The notes under the pieces were generated by a model. It saw nothing but the letters and a program-made list of their open reading frames with translations, did not search any database and was not told where the DNA came from. From assembly GCA_964016885.1 (NCBI GenBank), contig OZ024763.1, positions 7,998,001 through 8,062,000 on the forward strand: a DNA stretch of 64,000 nucleotides, written 5' to 3'. Origin of the DNA: Eledone cirrhosa (taxonomy: Eukaryota). Positions 27,015 through 39,488 of this stretch are shown here, piece after piece. The position numbers and the translations under genes are program-made. The stretch's first letter is position 1, and every line of letters starts with the position of its first letter.

Positions 27015-30000
27015 CGAGAGTAAGGAAGACATTTTACCTGTAAAATAGACTTTATGTGGATCCCAGTTTGCATCTGAATAAACCAATGAGCCGGATAATA
27101 TGAAGCTAGGACTAATGTGATTGGTCGAACAGTTTTTTTATTGGTCTCTGCTGTAACGTTTAATATGATTGGTAGTTGAGCTTTCCACTCATTCATTGTA
27201 CTAACAACATGGACTCTCCCATTTGTCTGTGGACTTGTCCATTTGTCAGAGTGGCAACCAAATGTTGTTTGGCTCCTCTTATGCCAATATGCCACAGAAT
27301 TGCTGGAGTTTCTTCTAATGGTGCAGTCTTTGTAAACAGCTGAAGAGGAAATCATGGGAATATTCAGTATCGGTGGAGGGTTGGACATCATGCTTTCTAG
27401 CATAGAGTTACGTCCCATTACGGTCTGAGTTCAAATCCCGCCGAGGTTAATTTTGCCTTTCATCCTTACGGGGTCGATAAAATAAAGTACCAGTAATGTA
27501 CTGGGTAATTGCTGGCCTTGTGCCAAAAGTAGAAACAATTATTATTATTATTATTTTTCCCTTCATCCTTATGGGGTCGATAAAATGAAGTACCAGTAAT
27601 GTACTGGGGTCAATTTAATCGACTGTCCCCTCCCCTTCAAATTGCTGGCCTTGTGTCTAAATCAGAAACAATTATTATTATTGTTATTTTAGTATTATTA
27701 TTATTGTTATTATTTATGGATGGGTAGTAGATAGTGATGATGATGGTAGTGATGGTGATGGTAATGATATAGTGGTGATGGTGATGGTAGTTATGATGAT
27801 GGTAGTGATGGTGATGGTAATGATGGTGATGATGATGGTGGTGATGGTGATGGTAGTGATGATAATGGTGATGATGTTGATGATGGTAATGATGGTGATG
27901 ATGATGATGATGATGATGATGAACCAAGCAATATATTACTCACGTAGACAAGATATAGAGTTGTAACCCTTAGCCCTGCATTGACAAACCCCGTTCCGAC
28001 ACTCGGACTGGAAACGGAACGCTGTGTAGGGCCAACATTTGTTGTGACACCGGATTGAACTGGAAAATGTCTTGATGATGTTTGAAGCTGTTAATAATAA
28101 TAATAACGGTTTCTTATATAGGCACAAGTCCAGCAATTTTGGGGAAAGGGAAAGTCGATTAAATTGACCCCAGTGCATTACTGGTACTTTATTTTATCGA
28201 CCCCGTAAGGATGAAAGGCAAAGTCAACCTCGAATAATAGTTAAAAGGGATTTGGGACTGTCATGAGATCAAGGTCATCCTGATTGTCATAGGAGCACTA
28301 GGTACTATCTCAAGGAGTTTTCAAGGATGGTTAAAGAACATTAGTCCAACCCCCTTTTTTTGCAACACTTCAAAAGGCATGCTTGCTGGGAACAACAACA
28401 ACCCTCCGAAACGTCCTGAATATCTGAGGTTGCAGGTAGCGACTTGATGTTCATTTGAACAAACTTTCCAGTTAAATAACATCAATGACTGAGAATAATA
28501 ATAATAATAATAATAATAATGATGTTTTCTTTATTGAAGGGGCCGACATATAGGGGTCAATACAAAAGACAGGGATAGTGGGGGGGTACAATTAAATCAA
28601 GTAAAAAATAAACATTAAAAAAACAATTAACAATACAATTTACAATAAAAATTCCCTGATAGAGGGGGGGGGGGACTACCCAGGGGCGATTCAGGTACCC
28701 CACCAATCCTGAACCATCCAATGCTTCATTGGGCACCTGAGAAGGGCTCCCTACTCCTCCTCAAATCAATAAGTAAATAATAATAATAATAATGATAATA
28801 ATGATAATAATGATAATAATAATGGAACTCCACAAAAGCAGGTAGAGAAGGTCAACTACATCGGGGCCGTGTTCACGAATGGTGGAGGGTTGGAGGCTGA
28901 ATTACATGCAAGAATTACCAGAGCTGGTGCAGTAATGTACCAGCTTCAGCATTTAGTAATCAGAAGAAGGGAGCTAGGTGTAAAAGCCAAACTCGCTATC
29001 TTCAATTCAGTATTCATGCCAACCCTTACCTTTGGTCATGAATCTTGGGTAATGATTGAAAGAATATGATTGGGAATACAAGTGGCTGAGATGGGGCTCC
29101 TCCGAGGGGTCTTTGGAGTAACCTTACTCGATAGAGTGTAGCTCAGAGATCAGAGAGTCACTCCAGGTAGAGCTGCTACTTCTCTGAACTGAGAGATCAC
29201 AGCTCTGATACTATGGACATGTGGTTAGAATGTCACAGGAAAGAATCTCTGGACAGATTTGTAGCTCAGAGATCAGGGAGTCTCTCCAGGTAGAGCTGCT
29301 ACTTCTCTGAACTGAGAGATCACAGCTCTGATACTATGGACATGGGGTTAGAATGTCACAGGAAAGAATCTCTGGACAGATTTGTAGCTCAGAGATCAGG
29401 GAGTCTCTCCAGGTAGAGCTGCTACTTCTCTGAACTGAGAGATCACAGCTCTGATACTATGGACATGTGGTTAGAATGTCACAGGAAAGAATCTCTGGAC
29501 AGATTTGTAGCTCAGAGATCAGGGAGTCTCTCCAGGTAGAGCTGCTACTTCTCTGAACTGAGAGATCACAGCTCTGATACTATGGACATGGGGTTAGAAT
29601 GTCACAGGAAAGAATCTCTGGACAGATTTGTAGCTCAGAGATCAGGGAGTCTCTCCAGGTAGAGCTGCTACTTCTCTGAACTGAGAGATCACAGCTCTGA
29701 TACTATGGACATGTGGTTAGAATGTCACAGGAAAGAATCTCTGGACAGATTTGTAGCTCAGAGATCAGGGAGTCTCTCCAGGTAGAGCTGCTACTTCTCT
29801 GAACTGAGAGATCACAGCTCTGATACTATGGACATGGGGTTAGAATGTCACAGGAAAGAATCTCTGGACAGATTTGTAGCTCAGAGATCAGGGAGTCTCT
29901 CCAGGTAGAGCTGCTACTTCTCTGAACTGAGAGATCACAGCTCTGATACTATGGACATGTGGTTAGAATGTCACAGGAAAGAATCTCTGGACAGATTTGT

Positions 30001-33000
30001 AGCTCAGAGATCAGGGAGTCTCTCCAGGTAGAGCTGCTACTTCTCTGAACTGAGAGATCACAGCTCTGATACTATGGACATGGGGTTAGAATGTCACAGG
30101 AAAGAATCTCTGGACAGATTTGTAGCTCAGAGATCAGGGAGTCTCTCCAGGTAGAGCTGCTACTTCTCTGAACTGAGAGATCACAGCTCTGATACTATGG
30201 ACATGGGGTTAGAATGTCTCAGGAAAGAATCACTGGACAGATTTTACAGGGCAAAACCAACTGATAGGAGACCCAGGGGTAGACTCCGAACAAGATGGTT
30301 GGGTGATCCAGCCGGATCAGTTGGAGACGGTTGGTACTGACAGGACCCTCTGTAAGGAGTGTTTGAGGACTCTGCCCCCACGACTCTCTCATGGAGGATT
30401 TTTTCATGAGAATGTGGTAATGAATAGTGTAGTTTGGAGTCTAGTGGTGGCGGTGAGCAGCATAGATTTGAAGGTGGTGCTCATGGGAGGGTTGTTAGTG
30501 ATAGTGGTGTTGGTAGTGGCAGCTGTGATATAGTATTTACTAGACAATAAAGGGAGACCTCCAACCTGAATGTCTGTGAATGTCACCGAAGTTTGTATTC
30601 CTAGTTTCTGTGTCTGGCAGGGGAACCATCTAGAAATAAGAAAAAAATAAATAAATTAAAAAAACCCTGAATTAAGTTGAAAATAGTAAATGTTTGGGAG
30701 AGAAAGATTAGGAAAGGTCCATTGATGGAAATCCTAGACATCTCTCTCTCCTATTTAAATTAAAGTCACATATCAAGTGATGCCTGTGCTTTAAGGTTTT
30801 TCTAAGTGAGGAAAGGATCTGCACAGGACCAGTCCCACTCTCTGAACATAGAATGCATTTGCCCCAAACCAAGAACTGGTCTACATTATTGGATGTAAAC
30901 AAAGTCGCAGGTTTTATATCAGTGACTTTCTTCTAAAGAGATGTCTTAATGAAAACTAGGGGTCTCTCACTCCACAGAAGAAAAAAAAGAAATACACACA
31001 CACATATATATATATATCATCATCATCATCATTTCATTTTACGTCCACATTTCCCTGCTTGCAAGGGTGGGGACGGGAACTGATTTTGGCTTGATTTCTA
31101 CAGCTGGATGCCCTTCCTAACACCAACCTCATTTACAGTGAGTGCTGGGTGCTTTTTTGCCGTGGCACCTCCACGACCACTTTGCAGTGGAATGATATGG
31201 ACCCCAGTCCCTATCATCTCATTTCTACAGCTGAGTAAACTAGAGCAATGTGAAATAAAGTGTCTTGCTCAAGGAAACAACACATCACCCGGTCTGAGAA
31301 CTGAACTCACAACCTTTCGATTGCAAGGCCAATGCTCTAACCACTAAGCCATGTGCCTCCATATATATACATATATACACATATATTTTTAATTATTTAC
31401 CTTTTCTACAGAAATACTTAACACACATACACACACACATCATCATCATTTTACGTCCGCTTTTCCCTGCTTGCAAGGGTGGGACGGGTCCTATTCAGCA
31501 CAGCATCTCTCCATTTGTCACGGTCCTTCGTCATCTCCTCCGTGAGTTTCAGCAATCTCAGGTCTGCTCTCACCACCTCCGCCCATGTTTTTCGTGGTCT
31601 TCCTCTACTGTGTCTTCCTTCTACTGGGATTTCTTGGCACTTCTTTACCCAGCGGTCATCCTCCATGTGCACCACATGTCCATACCACCTCAGTCTTCTC
31701 TCCCACACACAACTTATCCCTCTTATACACACATTTATATATAAATACACATATCTCTACATATATATACACACACTCAGCTGTGATACTTACCAGATTA
31801 TTGTCGTCATAAGAGGAAATATTCAAGGAAGAAGACATTTGGAATGATAGCACCAACAATATGGCCACCATTGTCATGGTAACCACAGCCATACAACTAA
31901 CGATGCTGACGATGATGAGCTTGCTTAAACTTCTGAGGGACGAGAAGCGATGGGTGGATTGAGGTGGCGACGGCCTTAACAGTGGGTACTCCATGGCATA
32001 TCTCTCTGACGCCAGAAAGAGGGACCGCATATTCTGAGGTAACCCCAAATGGGAGACAGAGAATATGGAATGTGAGGGGTGGGACTTCTCTGAACATTTC
32101 AGACGACTCTGTAGAGAAACAGAAAAACATTTTGGTGAGTTCTTTTTTTTTAAAAACCCATTAAATCATCAAGTATTTAGATAATTAAATATTTAACCCT
32201 TTCTTTACCATATTTCCTATGAAAGACACCACCTATGGTAGTTCTTATTTAACCCTTTCTTTACCATATTTCCTATGAAAGACACTACCTATGGTAGTTC
32301 TTATTTAACCCTTTCTTTACCATATTTCCTATGAAAGACACTACCTATGGTAGTTCTTATTTAACCCTTTCTTTACCATATTTCCTATTGAAGTTTTCAC
32401 CCAGAAAGTCCTTTTTTCAGATAAAATTTTTTATCTCTTTTATAATTTTCTCTTAAATTAAAAAGTTGTTCAGACTTATTCTTGGTATTAGAAGGACAAG
32501 TGACAATAAATATAATGGGGAAGGTAACTTGCAAAGCTGGGGACAGAGCGTAGGTATAGGGCAAACACCTATTTTTCGCTGTGGGAGCAGCAAAATTTTA
32601 ACTTTCAGAAAAGTGGTTGACAGCTGAGAGAAATGATACTTGGTATTGAGCAAGGAGAGTAAGGAGAGCAAGGAGAAAAGGAGAGTAATGAGAAAAGGAG
32701 AGCAAGGAGAGCAATGAGAAAAGGAGAGCAAGGAGGGAAATGAGAAAAGGAGAGTAAGGAGAGCAATGAGAAAAGGACAGTAAGGAGAGCAATGAGAAAA
32801 GGAGATCAAGGAGAGCAAGGATAAAAGGAGAGCAAAGAGAGCAAGGATAAAAGGAGAGCAAAGAGAGCAAGGAGAGGTTAAGACAATTATTGCTCAAGTT
32901 ATGCTGGAAGCAGACAAAGGTGACAAAATCAACTGAAGAGGTAGATTCTGCACCAAAATGACTTTTCTTTCTTTACAAACATCGAGTTTTCGTCTTTTGT

Positions 33001-35314
33001 AACTCCTGGTACAAAAACGAGATTTTGACGAAATTTTCTATCAGCACCGATTTCCTCAACAAAGACCCTTCAACGTGGAAGGATGATCCTGGTTACAAAA
33101 GTGGACTTGGAAAACTTGAGAAGACAGTTGTTGTGAATGATGTTGCAGGAAGAGGTGTCAAACTCATTCAGGATTACAATAACATTCTCACAAAAGATGA
33201 AACTGAGAAACAATTTGTTTTACAGATCATTACCAAAAACCGTAAAACCTACCCAACTGCCACTAAATCCTCTTTTATGCAAAAATAATGTTCAATATCC
33301 AGTGTTCAAATTATGTTTTTGATTCTATAGAAATTATTGTTGTAAATAAAAATTCATTTCTCTTATAGAAGTTGTGTGCTTTATTAAGAAAACTTAATAT
33401 TTCTTAATTTTTTTCAGGAATTTTTCAAAATTTGATTCAGAAAGTTTTAAAACATTTGCTGGGGTTGTCTGAATGTGTCCACATAAATTTCTCTAAGAAA
33501 AGATAGTTGAGATAGGGAACACTACACTGCTTTTGAACAGAATTGTTATGTATACTATGTTCCAACTTCAAGGTGTTTGAGGGGCACCTAACAGTTGTCC
33601 GATTGAGCTGAAATTTGGCACACCCCATTGTTTTGTTGATTGGAACAGGATTAGGGGGTGGGAGCAGCAAAATGTTAACTTTTGGAAAATTACCTATTGC
33701 TCAGGGCCACCATAATATATATATATATATATTGTCCCATACAAGACAAGAGTCAGCTCAAAAGTGACACAGAGGAGACTGAGGTTGGCTGGACATGCTC
33801 ACCGACATCCAGAGTTGACATTGCACTCAGTGCTCCTTTGGGAGCCCCTACATGGACACACTAGAAGAGGAAGACCAAGGTTAACATATGTTGATGCCCT
33901 AAGGACAGACACTGGTCTGTTGGAGATGCAGGATATGGCAGCGATAATGAGGGACAGAGACCGCTGGAGAGAACTCGTCCATGGATCTCGGGAATTTTAC
34001 CCGCCTTAGATAGATAGATAGATATATTGTCCACATTTCATGACAATATTTATATTTCATGATATTTTCTACACTTCATGTCATCTTACATTTTATTTTT
34101 TCAAACCAAATAAATACTTTCTCTCCTTACTCTCTACCACCCTCTCACTGCCACCACCACAGCTACTAACCCCCCCACCCCCCACCACCACCCTCCCCCA
34201 CCCACACCATCACCACCACCACTACCCTCCCCCACACCACCACCACCACCACCGCATTACTCACCACCCACACCACCACCACCTCATTACTCACCCCTAG
34301 CCCCCCTCCACCACCACCCTGTGTTTATTTTGTTTCTATTTTCGGAGTTTGTTTGGTGTTTGTGGCCCAGTGTGACCTGCTGTTGTATAGGGAGGGGGGG
34401 GTAAATTGGTCAGCTTTGTAATAACAGCTTTGTGAGAGAGGGAGGGAGGGAGAGGACAGAGGATTAGAGAGAGGGAGGTAGAGGATGTGAGAGAGAGGGA
34501 AAGAGAGATGGTAAAAGGGGAAGGAAAGAGAGGGAAAGAGCATGAGAGAGAGAGAGAGAGTGTGTACTATATAAACACTGTCCTAACTTGTGAACATCTG
34601 TATATATACACAGGTATATATACATAGGTATATATACACATGCATACATATACATATATATATATATATACACATGCATACATATATATATATAAACACA
34701 CAGGCATACATATATACATATATACACACAGGCATATATATATATATATACCTACATATATACACATGCATACATATACATATATATATATATATACACA
34801 TGCATACATATACATATATATACACATATATACACACAGACATATACATAAACACATACATACATACATACATACATATACACAAACTCAAGTACATGCA
34901 TACATGTATATATATGCACATGTACATACATACATACATACATATGCATAGATAGACAGATAGATATATGGAGGAAGAATCAACACCAGTACTAGACTGG
35001 TATATATATGTATAAATATATATATATGCATATATATATATATATATATAAACATAAATATATATATATATACAAATATAAATTAGCGAGAATCGTATTT
35101 CAGCTCGGGAATTAACGAAAATCAACCCCCGAGATGCGTGGCAAGCGCTCGATGATTCATATGAATCAGAGCTACAACATACGTTAAGGGCCAAACACAC
35201 TGAGATGGTGGTTAAACAAATCATCCGCACTGCCAAAATAAACGACCAAGTAATTCGGGTCAAACAATAAAAATATATGTGATTGAAAATTTACCCGGAC
35301 CCCTGGGTGGTTGG

Positions 35315-35346
<32 letters not shown>

Positions 35347-36272
35347 GTCCCCAAAAAAATGTTTTCACACTTTGATCACCTGTACAGACAATATTTATTA
35401 GAATACACACCCTTTACCCAAAACTACAGACATAATTCTATTGTGTGTAAACACACAAAAATGTTTACATAATTTAAATAATTGTTTCTACGATAGGCAC
35501 AAGGCCAGCAATTAAACCAGTGTATTACTGGTACTTTATTTTATCGACCCCCCGTTAGGATGAAAGGCAAAGTTAACCTCGACAGGTTAACATAATTTAA
35601 ATAATTGTTTCTACTTTTTTGCACAAGGCCAGCAATCACCCAGTGCATTACTGGTACTTTATTTTATCGACCCCGTAAGGATGAAAGGTAAAGTTAACCT
35701 TGGCAGGATTTGAACATAATTTAAATAATGCATAGAAAACATATATGTAAAAGGTAAACAGAAAAAAAAAAAAAAAAACGGTACAGTATATGGAAGGAAT
35801 ATATTAGTTTAATGCTTGAAAAAGCAGGAAGAAAGGTGTTAACGTTTTGGACGCTAGTCCTTCATCAGAAGAAAGAATGAGAAATTATATATACATATGG
35901 AGAGATAGAGAGAGAGAGGAAGTAAGAAGGAGATAAAGAATCAACCCCAAGTACTTCGAATGGAGTCCTTAATTCATTGCATGTTTAGGGTATTTATTAT
36001 AGAAACTCACAAAACAAGCATTTATAGGGGAGAAGGTGAGGGTTAAGGTGTCATCACAATAATCAGGTGGTTGAGGGTACAAGTGTTACTGTGTGAGAAC
36101 CTTGGGCAGGGTAAGTGTGGTCTACTATAGCCACGGGTTGACCATTGGGTGGTCAGACAACAGAAACAAACAATGGAGTAGGAAGAAGAAGAAGAAGAAG
36201 AAGAAGGAAAGTAGAGGAACAAAATTGTTGACTTACGTAAGATAAAACTTTTTTCAAGAATCTTCTCCACAT
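26396..36272 (-). CDS. Uncharacterised type II membrane protein (N-terminal TM, 6-Cys EB/EGF-like module, C-terminal domain of unknown function), 6 coding exons, 361 aa
   Basis: complement join(36237..36272,31794..32108,30566..30629,27944..28087,27038..27339,26396..26620). All GT-AG, phases 0/0/1/1/0 close into one open frame ending TAG; AATAAA on minus at about 25621. Confidence 0.75.
27038..27339 (-). CDS. Unknown gene, penultimate exon
   Basis: ctcttcag|[11 protein letters not shown]...RVHVVST...[30 protein letters not shown]|gtaaaa. Confidence 0.8.
27944..28087 (-). CDS. Unknown gene, Cys-rich module exon (phase 1-1)
   Basis: aacag|[48 protein letters not shown]|gtgagt; six Cys. Confidence 0.8.
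28235..28520 (+). mobile_element. R4/Dong-like (restriction-like endonuclease) non-LTR 3' fragment ending in (TAA)n
   Basis: [15 protein letters not shown]...[19 protein letters not shown] followed by a short UTR and TAA repeats. Confidence 0.65.
28850..30400 (+). mobile_element. RTE-type LINE 3' remnant with an internal 9 x 123-bp tandem expansion
   Basis: [10 protein letters not shown]...ARITRAGAV...[18 protein letters not shown]..., then [10 protein letters not shown] and RRPRGR; related copy at about 57250-57545. Confidence 0.8.
29138..30244. repeat. 9 x 123-bp LINE-derived minisatellite
   Basis: unit starts 29138, 29261, 29384 ... 30122. Confidence 0.95.
30566..30629 (-). CDS. Unknown gene, short linker exon
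   Basis: ttatttctag|[21 protein letters not shown]+1 nt|gttgga; supplies the needed phase 0 to 1 switch. Confidence 0.6.
31020..31362 (-). mobile_element. SINE family B copy
   Basis: reverse complement of 63520-63855. Confidence 0.85.
31441..31708 (-). mobile_element. RTE LINE 3' end
   Basis: [21 protein letters not shown]...RGRPRKTW...KWRDAV...KRT* plus (ATG)n tail; further fragments at 18290-18483 and 16000-16095 (+). Confidence 0.85.
31794..32108 (-). CDS. Unknown gene, exon with transmembrane anchor
   Basis: tctctacag|SRLKCSEK...[28 protein letters not shown]...DDNNL|gtaagt. Confidence 0.75.
32880..33710 (+). mobile_element. DNA transposon remnant (hAT/hATm-like transposase C-terminus)
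   Basis: FLNKDPSTW...[34 protein letters not shown], matching the V-ND-AERG-L pattern; superfamily from memory. Confidence 0.6.
33748..34025 (+). mobile_element. RTE-like LINE 3' end (second family)
   Basis: [15 protein letters not shown]...LLWEP..G...[10 protein letters not shown]; (TAGA)n tail. Confidence 0.8.
36237..36272 (-). CDS. Unknown gene, first coding exon ([12 protein letters not shown]); 5' UTR part may extend to about 36727
   Basis: ATG at 36272, strong TAC|gtaagt donor, phase 0 matches the next exon. Confidence 0.5.
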
Positions 36273-37390
36273 ATCACTGTCCTCCGTAACTGGACACTTG
36301 GACACTCTGGACACAGGACAACAGTGGACAGTAAACTCAGGACACGAGTTACTGGACACTGGATACTTTGGACTCGGGACACACTGGTCTGAGAACACTA
36401 AATACTAGTGAACAGTGGACAATAGTAAATCCAGGAGGCTAAATACTGGACATGGGTGGACCGAGGAGTCTAGTTACTGACCATTGGTGAACACAGGACT
36501 TCCACAGTACTAATAACTGGACATGGGTGGACACAGGAGTCTAGTTACTGACCATTGGGGGACCTAGGACGTCCAGGAGACTGGTTACTGGACACTGGTG
36601 GACAATAGGCAGAGGGACATCGAATACTGGACAGTAGCTAGAATAGGAAGTGTTGAAGTAACCCAAATCAAGACTTGTTGAGATTTAAAAACCACCTGAA
36701 CTGACCACAGTGTATCTGTCTGTGTGTCTGCAGGATATATTGGAAAACATACTGTCGTGTTGTGAGGGGGGGGGGGGGATATGGTGACACACACATACAC
36801 ACAGATAGTTGTGCTGTGTCTGAGTCTATGTGAGTATGTGTGTCTGTGTCTATGTGTGTGAGTATGTGTCTATGTACGTGTGTCTATGAGTGTCTATGAT
36901 ATAGTAGTACACACACACAGTAGTAGCAGCAACTGTGTGTGATTGTGTGCGTGTGTCTGTATGTTATGAGTGTGTCTCTGTGTTGTGTGTATGTGTGCAG
37001 TGTGTTTATGTGTGTGTGTGTGTGTGATATACTAGTACACACACATACAGTAGTGACAGCAACACTAACTTCTGTGTGACTGTGTGTGTGTCTGTCTGTG
37101 TGTGTGTGGTGTTGTGTGTGTGTGTCTGTATGTCTCTGTGTCAGTGTGTGTGGTGTTGTGTGTGTGTCTGTCTGTCTGTCTGTGTGTGTGTCTGTACTTA
37201 CAGCTATATATGTGAGTTTAGACTGATAGTAGTAGTAGTAGTGGTAGTAGTGGTGGTAGTAGTAGTAGTGGTGGTAGTGGGGGGTTCTGTCAGGTGACAG
37301 GAATAATGTGAGAAACCACCACCAAACTACCACACCACCACCATGTTTACCTTTGAATAAATTCCTGCACATATAAATGTATAAACATGC

Positions 37391-37423
<33 letters not shown>

Positions 37424-37552
37424 ACATACACACACCGTACATGCATATACACATACACACATATATACATATACAAACATGCACATATACACATACATAT
37501 ATACACATACATATATATATATACACATACATACATGTACATACATACATAT

Positions 37553-37585
<33 letters not shown>

Positions 37586-37665
37586 CACATTCCCTCACCC
37601 TCCACTAACTTTCAATCATGATGTAGGCCCTGAAAGCTGGAATATAAACATACTAAATATATGTT

Positions 37666-37706
<41 letters not shown>

Positions 37707-38021
37707 AGTCAGTAGGCACCTGTTAACTCAGTGTACACCCCACCCCACATCCTACCCCATCCCCCCCTCTCCCGTTCCTCTCACTGTGTCGCGATGACAC
37801 CACAGTGCCCACTGTAAGGTGTAGGAGACACGGTGAGAAGGCTCCCAGCACTCACTGTAAATGTGGTTGGTGTTAGGAAGGGCATCCAGCTGTAAAAAAA
37901 AACCTGCCAGAGACGCTTCCGTGCGAGCAAGACACGCTCTCCCGACCATTCCTGCATCAAATGAAACAAAACCGTCTAACCCATGCTAGCATGGAAGATG
38001 GACGTTAAACAATGATGATGA

Positions 38022-38082
<61 letters not shown>

Positions 38083-38139
38083 GTCTTCAAATTTATTATT
38101 ATTACTATATATATATATATATATATATGTGTATATATA

Positions 38140-38172
<33 letters not shown>

Positions 38173-39093
38173 TATGGAGGCACATGGCTTAGTGGTTAGA
38201 GCATTGGGATTGCAATCGAAAGGTTGTGAGTTCAATTCTCAGACCGGGTGATGTGTTGTTTCCTTGAGTAAGACACTTTATTTCACATTGCTCCAGTTTA
38301 CTCAGCTGTAGAAATGAGATGATAGGGACTGGGGTCCCTATCATTAATAAATATAGACATATAGTTATAGCTCTGATTTTTCCAAATTATTGAGCCCTCT
38401 GCCACATATATCGGATATTGTTTATCGTGATTTCGTGGGCTGATATTCCGATTCTCGATTATTCTACTATATATATACATATATATATATATATACATAC
38501 ACACACACACATATATATACACACAGACAAACATACACACAGACACACACATATATATATATATATAGATAGATTTCTTTATTTACCATAAAGGCATAAA
38601 AAGAAGGGACAAATACAAAGGGGGAGTTTACATATAATCGAGTAAAAAGGGTGTAACATGAAAATAATCGAAAATAACCTCAAAAGGGAGGGGACGTGAT
38701 GGGGGTTGCACACACCCCCGAACACACACACACATATATATAAATATATTCAATACTGCAAAGCATTCTATCCAACATTCTAAGGAGTCTGCCAATTCAC
38801 CACTAACATACACAGGTACACACATCAATACATCAATACATCAATACATCATCAATACTATTTAATTCAATAATCAACAATTTAACAATATTTATTGAAT
38901 TTTTAGGTTTGCTTTTTTTTATGTGTTTTTTTTATTGTTTGTTTTTTTTGCAACATTTAAAATTATTTAAAGAATTTCAATAAAAAATATGAAAATATCA
39001 CAGAGTTTGATGCCATGTGGTGATGGTGAGGATCCTACATGTGGGGTGGCAAGATTCTTACATGTGGTGAAGGTGGGATAAAGAATGGTGGTG

Positions 39094-39135
<42 letters not shown>

Positions 39136-39358
39136 GTAACAGTAGGTCAGTGATGTGATGGTCATATGATGATGAGGTCACAGTCATGTGATGGCCACCT
39201 GATGATGAGGTGTTGGTCAGCTGATGGTCACATGACACAGGGATGGAGAAACTAAGCTGTCTCAGGGATGGAGAAACTAGTTCTCAGTCACAGCCACCAC
39301 CAACATAACACACTGTACTTCATTCATCAACAGTAGTGAACTGATAGTCATGTGACAA

Positions 39359-39488
39359 TCATGTGACAGGAATGGTGAAAGTAATCTGTAGTGGACTGTT
39401 GTATTCTGCCATCATAACTGACTGGACTTCCTCAATGACCCTCTTCAAACAGCTCCACCAGTTCTCTGTAGACAGTTTCCACATTTTT
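39359..39488 (-). CDS. REV1: REV1 exon 20 (last)
   Basis: RKMWKLSTENWWSCLKRVIEEVQSVMMAEYNSPLQITFTIPVT*. Confidence 0.9.
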
